A DNA stretch of 63,106 bases, counting the filler, from Intoshia linei (taxonomy: Eukaryota > Animalia > Orthonectida), in NCBI GenBank assembly GCA_001642005.1. It is 7 parts of 7 records of this genome, joined end to end, with 100 filler letters (N's around TTAATTAATTAA, not from the genome) between each part and the next. Parts side by side here need not be neighbours in the genome. Positions count along the whole stretch, not along the records: positions 44,377 to 54,923 come from LWCA01001260.1; positions 55,024 to 60,469 come from LWCA01001775.1; positions 60,570 to 63,106 come from LWCA01002284.1; 4 more parts are not named here. One strand, written 5' to 3'. Below are positions 54,622 to 63,106 of the stretch, in pieces (the first letter of the stretch is position 1; every line of letters begins with the position of its first letter). The translations under genes were made by a program, and so were the position numbers. Below the pieces are notes generated by a model. The model saw only the letters and a program-made list of their open reading frames with translations, did not search any database and was not told the DNA's origin.

Positions 54622-55475
54622 CTATTTTAAAAATATTTAAAAAGTATTTTATTTATTATTTATATTAATGTTAGTAGATTTAAAATAATAATATATTATA
54701 TGATATTAAATATTTATCTTAGTAAATATTTTAAATTCAATTAATAAAATTATAAAATTGATAACAATTTTTCAATATACATCCAGACCTGGAGATACTG
54801 ATACCTGTGATTAGTCAATCTACTAAAATACATAAAATAATCTCAAATTTGTTATTAAAACCATTTTCTGCCCTATAATATATATAATATAATAAATAAT
54901 AATAAAAATATAATATAATATATNNNNNNNNNNNNNNNNNNNNNNNNNNNNNNNNNNNNNNNNNNNNTTAATTAATTAANNNNNNNNNNNNNNNNNNNNN
55001 NNNNNNNNNNNNNNNNNNNNNNNTTGCAAAGGATTGTAATAAATATAAAAATGATATTAACAAAGTTGTATTATTTTAGTTTCGTTGTTGTAGTTTTATT
55101 CAAAATGTTTTGAAAATGAGAATTTGAAATTTAAAAACTGCGTAGCAATGAAACAAATTCCGAAGGAATGAATTATATAGATTTTCACCCATATTTCTTT
55201 ATTGGAAATGTGTAGAGGTTCAATACACACTTTTTTCTGAAATTGTAGGATCAATATTTACATTTTCAATTTTTATTTTAATCGAAATATTTTGAAAAAT
55301 ATTGGTTGAATATATTAAAAGAATTTTTCATCGGAAATGCGTAGATTTCTCGAATTGAACTTTTGTATTTATATATACTGGAATAAACTCTATCATATTA
55401 TAGTCATATCATAGTAAGGATATACAAATATATGTAATTGTAATTAATAATTATACAAACTTTGTATAAACATAA

Positions 55476-58400
55476 TTATTCTTCAGAGCTTTGACTTAAA
55501 TTGAAGCTGTCATCTAAATAAAATATAAAAAATAAATATAAATTTTAATTTAATAATAATAATTATTAATCTATTATAATAGATTAATATACGATACCCC
55601 TAGATAAATTCGGAAAATATGCCAAAACTAAATAGTGTAATGAATTCACTCTATTTTCCTAATAGTGTTCATTACAGATTTTTCAAATCGTATGAACAAG
55701 TTCGTGTTGCGTATCACCATCAAAACGGACAACAAATTTTTTAAATACATTGACCAATTTTCCTAGAATTTAAAAAAAATATTCTGAACAGCTTATTCCA
55801 GTTCATACATATACAAAATTTCAATGTACATCATTTCTGAATCTAAATGTTACATCAGATTTTTTTAACATAACTTTGCAAACAAATTGAAATAAGCCAG
55901 CTGAAAAAAATAATGATACATATAATCAAACCACTCGAATCAGAGACGCCAAGCATTTCCAATAATTCGCAATCATTTACTTGTTTCAAATCTACACTGT
56001 CTGATAGTAATCTTGATTCTTTTGCTTTTTCAATATTTTTTTCGGACAAATTTGATTTTTCTATAGATTCATTATTGTTAAGTTGTTTGACCTTTCTAAT
56101 TAATGTAAATTTTACCGGAATTGAAAATTGTATGCAAGTGTAAGAAATTATGTAGTTATATTTTAGTAATCAATTCAAAAAATTGTTTAACCAAACCTTA
56201 AATAAAAAATAATTTTATAAATTCTAAGCCAAGATATTATCAATATTTGTTGTTCAGTTAAGGCTGGTTGAAAATGAGGTTTAATTGATACATTAAATAT
56301 GTACATTTTAAATGTATATTTCTATATTGTACTTTGAAAACATGTCATTAGCTTACCTGAGAATTCGTTAAAGTGGATTTTGTAGGATTGATCAAATCCA
56401 ATTACATAAGTATTACCCAATCAAATGTATTAACATAACGTTTATTAAATTATAAGGTTTAGAAAATTTTAATTTTGCTATAATTCTGGAATCTAGAATC
56501 TAGAATCTAGAATCTAGATAAACAATATAAATATTCAAACCTAGTGCATTTGACTTTAACGTTGCATGATATTTTTTCCAAAATAAATTTTTTTTCTATA
56601 GTGTCATAAATCAAAATACATTCCTTTGGTACATTTCGATTAATGTTTCCCTTAAATAAAATTCCTCGATTTGTCTAAAAGTTACTAATATATATAATAT
56701 ACTTTAATTAACAAACAAATTTTAAGCCAAAAATTTTTATACGTGATCAATGATCATAGATAAGTAGTTTTGGCTTTAAATTTCATATAAAATAAACTAA
56801 ATTGATAGTTTTATACTAAGACTCTTAGTACAACTCTTTACTACTAAGTAAAGGACTCCTTTGTAAGGATTAGGTACACCAATGTTATATTGTATTTAAA
56901 TTTACATCCTATATGTTGACAATTTAGTCTGTTTTATTGTTTTAACAAAACGGCTAATTTTTGTTGCATACATGGAATATGTGTTTACCCTTTGAGGCAG
57001 TGGTTTTCAACCCGTGTTCCGCGGAACCCAGGGGTTCCGTGAAATATAAATGCGATATTTTTCAATTTAAAGTTTTTCTAAATTACTGTGGTATGCAATA
57101 AAACAACATCATTTCTCAAATTTAAATCAAATAAGTTTTAATAAAAGTTTTATACGTTGTGAGTATGGGAACCTGAAAAATGATGTTAAAAAGTAATAAT
57201 AATTCAGATTATCTTTATGAGAAATATTGTAAAGAAAATAGGTTTTTACTGGCCCAACTCTCTTGAAATAATTTAAATAAGTTACTTACCTCTTTATAAT
57301 GAGAGATAACTAAAAAGTTATCTCTGTCGGGCCTCGATGCTTCTTCGTTGTGTGAGGTAGGCAACTGGTTTTACCGGCTAAATTCCGTGTGTTATTAATT
57401 TTTTAATTAAAAATCAAATTGTTTTATGTATGCGACATGCGAAAAAAATTTTTGATTATGCTTTTAGGTGCCGCGATTTTTTGAAATTTCATAAGGGTTC
57501 CGCTTAGTAAAAAAGGTTGAGAAACACTGCTTTGAGGAATGCATTACACATATACATGTAAATTTATTTTCACAAAGTTTATTCATTCCACATATAAATG
57601 TAAATTTAATATCATGAAATTTATCCATTCCACCGTTTCATAAAGGGGTTTTTACATAATTAGAATGATTGAATTTTTATCTTTTGATATATTTTACCAT
57701 ATTGTGTCAATTCCTGAATGATTTAATTATGAAATAAGCAAATTTCAGGTTTTAAGTATACAGTGGTTTCTGTTCAATATGAATACTGTATAATATGAAT
57801 TCACGCTTATATGGATTTCATGAAAATAAAAGTTGTTTTTGTATAATATTTATTATAAGAAAAAATTTTTAATATGAATTTGTGTAAAAAAACATCAATT
57901 TGTATTAATTTTCTATCACGTGACTTATAAATTTCAGAAAAGTAACCATTCAATATGAATTTGAATTTGAAGAGGAAAAGATTTTTAGATAAATGATAAA
58001 ATAAAATTCATTAAACTGACGAATATTCAAATCGATCTCAAAAATATTTAGCCACCAAACACTCAATTTCAGTAGGTTTGATAAATAAGTCGTTAAAAAA
58101 TCGTGAAGAAATCCTTAATTGTAATAATTTAAATTTGAATCAGAAGAGACAACCTTGCCTAAGGAAATCAATGAAAATTGAATAAGTGGTTTCAACGTCA
58201 ACGGACATTAAGTATAAGTGGCAATATACTGAAAGAAATGGCGCTGGAATAGATTAGGAATGACTTAAATGATTGTTAATAATAAGTAGCATTTTTAATT
58301 AAGATTTTATTATTGAAATTATTTTTTTGATAAAATTAGATAAGTCCCCTTGGCAGAGCTAGGTGTTGTTTGTACGTAGTACAAAACAGCCAAGCTAGTA

Positions 58401-59021
58401 CTACTATAATATGGTAGCCCTAATTTAAGCCTTCTACAATATTTTTAAAATTACTGTCTGATTTAACATTGAAATGTCTATTGAATTATCGTCAACAGTT
58501 AACGTTGAATCGGCTTGATTAAATGATTCCGGAATGAAATCGTCTAAAAATTAAAAAAAATTAATTTATTTAATTAATTATTTAATTTAATTATTTAATT
58601 TAAATTAAATTAACTAATTTCTATCTCTATATCAATCCCTGAAGGAATGGCAAGTAACGACTCCCTTAATTATAAAAAAGTCACGTAATTTTAAAATAAA
58701 CATAAACTTGTTTATAAACTCACACTACACAGACTTCATAAACTTGTTTGTTATAGTCACTAATTCAAATTCACTGAACAACCGTTTTATCTTTAAGATA
58801 AATTAACTTCAAGGATAAAGTTTAACCTTGTTGATTGTTAATTGATACATTAGTCTAATGAAATAAATTAAAGTAAAACCTTTATAAGCATAGAAATAGT
58901 AAATTAAATTGTAAAAATTACATAAATTAGTTAGAAAAGTTGAATTTTGACTTTTTGTAAAAGAATCTCCAATATAAATTTTATTTTCATTACATTGTTG
59001 CATAAAATTTACAAATTTCAT
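55476..59021 (-). CDS. EAF: ELL-associated factor (EAF1/2 homolog); exons 59021-58922, 58543-58455, 56674-56541, 56095-55932, 55513-55476
   Basis: IYIGDSF...FLTNLYDFIPES (cf. LRLGESF...FHTIRYDFKPAS); LFKGN...KECILIYD...FILEKISCNVKVKCTR (cf. VFKGN...KDCVLII...YVLEKLSSSIQVKKTR); acidic end FNLSQSSEE (cf. LQLSESGSD); phases compatible. Confidence 0.88.
56998..57529. mobile_element. hAT MITE
   Basis: TIRs cagtggttttcaacc / ggttgagaaacactg; perfect 8-bp TSD ctttgagg. Confidence 0.92.
57760..58260 (+). mobile_element. Tigger/pogo transposase N-terminal remnant
   Basis: TA-cagtggtttct terminus; broken KRKRF...SQKYLATKHSISVGLINKSLKNREEI...SISGNILKEMA (psq/CENP-B HTH-like). Confidence 0.65.
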
Positions 59022-59072
59022 TTTCGAAAAAGAAAAATTTAAAAATAAAGTTATTGTATTATAGAATTATTT

Positions 59073-59933
59073 ATGGACCTACCAAAACACAAAAAATCAA
59101 AAAATTGTATATTATTAACTAGTACTGAAGAAGAAAATTTAAAATATCAAGATAAATCAATTTTATCTACCAGATTAGCTGACAAAATTGAAAAAAATGT
59201 TGAAATAAATTGGGATAAATTTTACAACCGGAACAATGATAATTTTTATAGAAATCGATATTGGTTTAGGAATGAATTTCCGAAAGAAATTTTTTGTATT
59301 CAAAATTTACAGTTTCTAGATGTTGGTTGTGGAGTAGGCAATTTATCTTTTCCATTATACCAATATGTTTGTAAACTTAAATTAGATTGGAATTTTACAT
59401 TGATTGATTTTTCACATAGAGCCATCAAACTTGTAAAGGTAAACGTTTTTTGTTTATAAATTATAAATATAATTATTTTAATGATCACTGATTACGATTT
59501 ACATGATTTACTGATTATCGGAAACAATTTTATTCTTTTTACTAATTTATGATTTTATTTTATATTTTTTTTCTAGGAAAACCAATATTTTAATAAAGAT
59601 GAAATGACCGCATTACACTTTGATATAGTTCAGGATTTAGCATTTGATGGAAAAGTTTTGCAAATTGAAAAATTTAATTTTGTGACCCTAATTTATGTTC
59701 TATCAGCAATACACCCCAATAATTTTTGTAAAGTTTTAACCAATATTTTTAAGGTATTTTATTTTATCTATTTATAATTTTCAATTTTTAGATAATGAAA
59801 CCTGGTGGATATCTATTCTTTAGAGATTATGCCATCAATGATCATGCAATGATTCGTTTTAAGAGAGATAGAAAAATATCTGACCAATTGTACGTTAGGC
59901 AGGATGGCACAAGATCTTATTTTTTTGAATTGA
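59073..59933 (+). CDS. METTL6: tRNA m3C methyltransferase METTL6; exons 59073-59438, 59577-59753, 59792-59933; 3' exon missing
   Basis: NWDKFYNRN, LDVGCGVGN, DFSHRAI, VLSAIHP, KPGG...FRDYAINDHAMIRF, YVRQDGTRSYFF. DHAM and RQDGTRSYFF are METTL6-type rather than METTL2-type. Confidence 0.92.
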
Positions 59934-60407
59934 GTAAGATTTCAAACTTATTATATATTCAAAGATAATAACAAAAGAATTATCAAGAAAAGTTCATCAA
60001 TATTACGCTGATGAATGAATTATTTTTAATTTGATTATCTGATTACATTACATAAAAAAGTGTAATTTTTTAACTACTGTACATTAAAATTTTTAAAGTA
60101 TAATATGCAATAAGTCAAGGCCCAATTTATGTGATAATAGGTTTACTATTATATATTACGTAAAAACGGTATCTAGCTCTGCCGAGTATCGACTTTTAAT
60201 TCTACAAAAAAATAAATTCAATAATAAAATCTTAGTTAAAAATGCTACTATTCACTATTATCAACCCTTTAAAGGAGTGGTTCTCAAACTTGTTTCACCA
60301 CGGACCGATCATATCACATTACCCTTTAATTGAAATTGAATTATTCCCACTTAATTTTATTTTGTGAATCTTTGTGTAAATAACATTTTTTGTGTTATTT
60401 GAATATA

Positions 60408-60469
60408 TTAGGTCGTTCACAAAGTAATGTCGTTTTTATAACTATAATTAAAACTTCTATAATAACAAT
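60408..60469 (+). mobile_element. Mariner TIR at contig end
   Basis: ta-ttaggtcgttcacaaagtaatgtcgttttt, same family as 1355 and 9913. Confidence 0.8.
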
Positions 60470-60599
60470 NNNNNNNNNNNNNNNNNNNNNNNNNNNNNNN
60501 NNNNNNNNNNNNNTTAATTAATTAANNNNNNNNNNNNNNNNNNNNNNNNNNNNNNNNNNNNNNNNNNNNAAAATTTTCAGTTTTTGTGATATATTTAAA

Positions 60600-63000
60600 T
60601 ACATTATGGACAAAATTAAATGAGTTATTGGAGCTTCAGGGCTGTACGTAGATATAGTTGTTCTAGCAGGTCTATAAGCAAAGAAACCCGTACCAGTATA
60701 AAGTCCTGACCACCTCTTCATAAGATGGTAAAGTGAAATAGGGGCCGAACATATTTATCGGCATTTGCATCTGTAGTTTTCCCTTGTAAGCAAGCACCCG
60801 AATCCATTTGTCTGACAGCTATTTGCGGTCTAGCGAATTTAATCTCAGTATCATCAAACACTAGGAATAGCAAGTTCCAAAGCAGGAAAGGAAACCCAAA
60901 CAGCGAGTAGTATAGGTCTAATACTAGCAGCCTCAGGAGAGACAATATCAGATATCAACTGTACTTCAACTTTCCACACAGGTCTAAGCCCAGAATAGGC
61001 TGAATGTCTAAAGTAAGGTAGATCCATTTCCTCCATGTATCCCTGCACGTCAATAGTACGTGTAACTTTTAAATAATTCATGGCAAGATAAGAATAGGAT
61101 GGAGTAGCAAATATTGCAACTCGAGCCGCTATTATTGCAGATGCACTAAAATGAAAATACAATTTAACACCACTGCGTGCACAAGCAAAATATTGTGCCA
61201 GGTAACCAGCAGGAGTAAAGACGCTACTGCCTAAAAAATTATTAGATATGTGTAAAGTAAGCGTGAGGTCAAGAATTTTATTTATATTAAAGAAAGTCTT
61301 CCATGTATAAAACATTGGAATTTCGCCAATAGCTCAATCGACATATTTTCTTTTTTTATTTCTATGGGTGACTGTTTATCGTCAGCCCTATAAGACAAAG
61401 TCAAAGCATTTGAAATTCCAACCGAATGCGAGGTTGAGTAAGCGTTTCTTGCAAATAATGCAGGGCCACTTTCAGAACGAGGGTGCGAAAAACCTAAAGA
61501 CGCAGCCAAAGATATAAAGTTAAAAGCATGGCCAACAAAGGTTGTTATATCTCCCAGGATAGAAAAGAAAGTCTGAGTCCAAGTTCCAGTCATTTCTTCT
61601 TTCTCTTTTTTAGCACTGTGTCCATAAGCCAAATGTAGCAAATATTCCTCAGTAACCATAGATGATTCACTGTCTGATGTTATAAGTTGCAGAGCCTTGT
61701 CTATCTCCATAAGTCTAGCTATCTGCCTATCTACATCATCAGCTTCACTTTCCTCTTCACTTATCCCAGAGTCTGATTGCCCCCATGCAATAGCTGTAGC
61801 TAGTCCAACTTCAGAAAAATCATTATACAAAAGACCAGTTTGACCAAGATAACCAAAAAGGCGAACATTGGAAAAACGAGCCCATATCAAAATCTGAGGA
61901 GCATCGAGATCTGAGGGCTGAATAGGAGTTAACTTATAAAGATCAAAATGACAAAACTTGCTAACGTCTGAAATTAAATTACTAGTAAGATCCTGTGGAG
62001 GTTCAGTGATTTCACAATGAGTGCCAATCCAATTCAACGGGTAATGCCATTTACAAATATAAGTAACAGGTGGACCTTGCGTAATCGGAATAACTTGATG
62101 TGGACATTGAGATGCTGTAGAAACATGGTCATAAGGACTCCAATCTGATTGGTGGTATTCAATGGTAATTCCAGCTGTTATAGTAATTAGCTATCTATTT
62201 TGTCCCATTCCTGGTCTTATAACACCAAGAATTTGGCCATAATGAAACTTGGTAGCTACGACATGTATTTCGACTTCAATATAAAATCTAAAACCTCTTG
62301 CTTGAAACAATCTATCACGAATATAAGATTGGTTCAACAGGAGCATAGTGGGATTCATCCTAACAAATGGTGTTGATGTCGGATCAGTATGATCTAATGT
62401 AATAGTTTTAAGTAGAAAGAATCTCTTAAGAGACTGAGAATATTCGCGACCCCACTCAAAACTAGCATCTAACGTAAGAAGTGCAGAAGCAGTAATTGTT
62501 GGTAAATCACCTTCAAGTTCAACAAATTTAGTAAGATTTTCAGATTTCATAGTCTTTTCAATTATTCCTATTTGGGTTTGATCTATATTAGCAGATTGTC
62601 CAGTAGTAACTAATGTACTATTTTCAAGATAACCAAAAGAAGGATCCAAAACGAATTCTGAACCAATTGGCCTTTTATTACCTTGCATATATTTCATAAG
62701 AATGGTATTATAATCAATCTTTTGAAAGTCATACTTAACGATAAAATCTGAAAATTCATTCAATTGTTGATTATATACATGTTCTCCACGTTGAAAAAAT
62801 TCATAAAAAGCACACTCTAATAAGGTTTGACATAATTTTTGCATTGACCAATCTCTTGTTTCAGGAGTTCTTCTAACGTATGATATATTGTCAGTAATCT
62901 TCTTTACTTCCATTGGCATATACTAAACTCCAGATTGTTTAATAAAGTAACGTTGCAAGAATGTAATTTAATTAATGTATTTCAGATTTTGTCTATTTAT
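60600..63000 (-). pseudogene. Endogenous picorna-like (+)ssRNA virus fragment: RdRp C-terminus plus capsid VP2-VP4-VP3-VP1(N)
   Basis: RdRp motif E ITFLQRYF (62967-62944) and thumb YEFFQRGEHVY; jelly-roll motifs VVATKFHYGQI, ASQCPHQVI, IWARFSNVRL; VP4/VP3 site LGF/SHP; VP3 TPAGYLAQYF, TIDVQG, DLPY; VP1 SLYHLMKRW; no introns; in-frame stops and frameshifts. Confidence 0.9.
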
Positions 63001-63106
63001 CGTGAATAATTTGACATTTTGTCAAAATATCGTTTGTGTAAGATATCGAGAATAACCTGTATCTCTTCATAGCTATATTTAATAATTTTAATTTTTAAAA
63101 TAATTC

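Noticed and set aside
56489-56518. (agaatct)x4 heptamer giving tandem AG acceptors after EAF exon 3
   Set aside because: The acceptors I traced lead to early stops, while the 56095 acceptor gives a clean frame; treated as a microsatellite.
46131-59021. Two-domain half calcium channel starting at ATG 59021
   Set aside because: The exons right of the 54924 linker encode EAF; Cav2 is simply truncated by contig ends.
60518-60569. ORF-track translation running into X residues
   Set aside because: Artefact of the N linker.
62191-62193. Programmed stop-codon readthrough or alternative genetic code in the viral region
   Set aside because: Different stop types plus frameshifts are scattered through the element and host genes use the standard code; neutral decay is simpler.

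Overview
Very AT-rich animal (metazoan) nuclear DNA. It consists of seven contigs joined by identical 100-nt artificial linkers (N44-TTAATTAATTAA-N44), so linkage across linkers is unproven. Host genes are spliced and highly divergent, with several 36-38 nt introns beside multi-kb exons. Manual exon reconstruction gives: a Mondo/MLXIP N-terminus (+), strawberry notch (-), an N/Q-rich orphan ORF (-), a 356-aa orphan ORF directly behind a complete ~3090-aa VPS13B-like gene (-), one COX15 exon (+), frataxin (-), eight exons of a Cav2 calcium channel alpha-1 subunit (-), and a head-to-head EAF (-) / METTL6 (+) pair, the same arrangement as human METTL6-EAF1. Non-coding DNA is packed with decayed or non-autonomous transposons (hAT, mariner, Tc1/Tc3, Tigger/pogo, piggyBac, Helitron-like, CR1-like LINE, possible Chapaev3). 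The most notable feature is the last ~2.4 kb: a degraded endogenous copy of a picorna-like (+)ssRNA virus. Its RdRp C-terminus runs in frame into a VP2-spacer-VP4-VP3-VP1 capsid block, and it is broken by stops and frameshifts. All calls come from motif recognition by eye; no searches were run.
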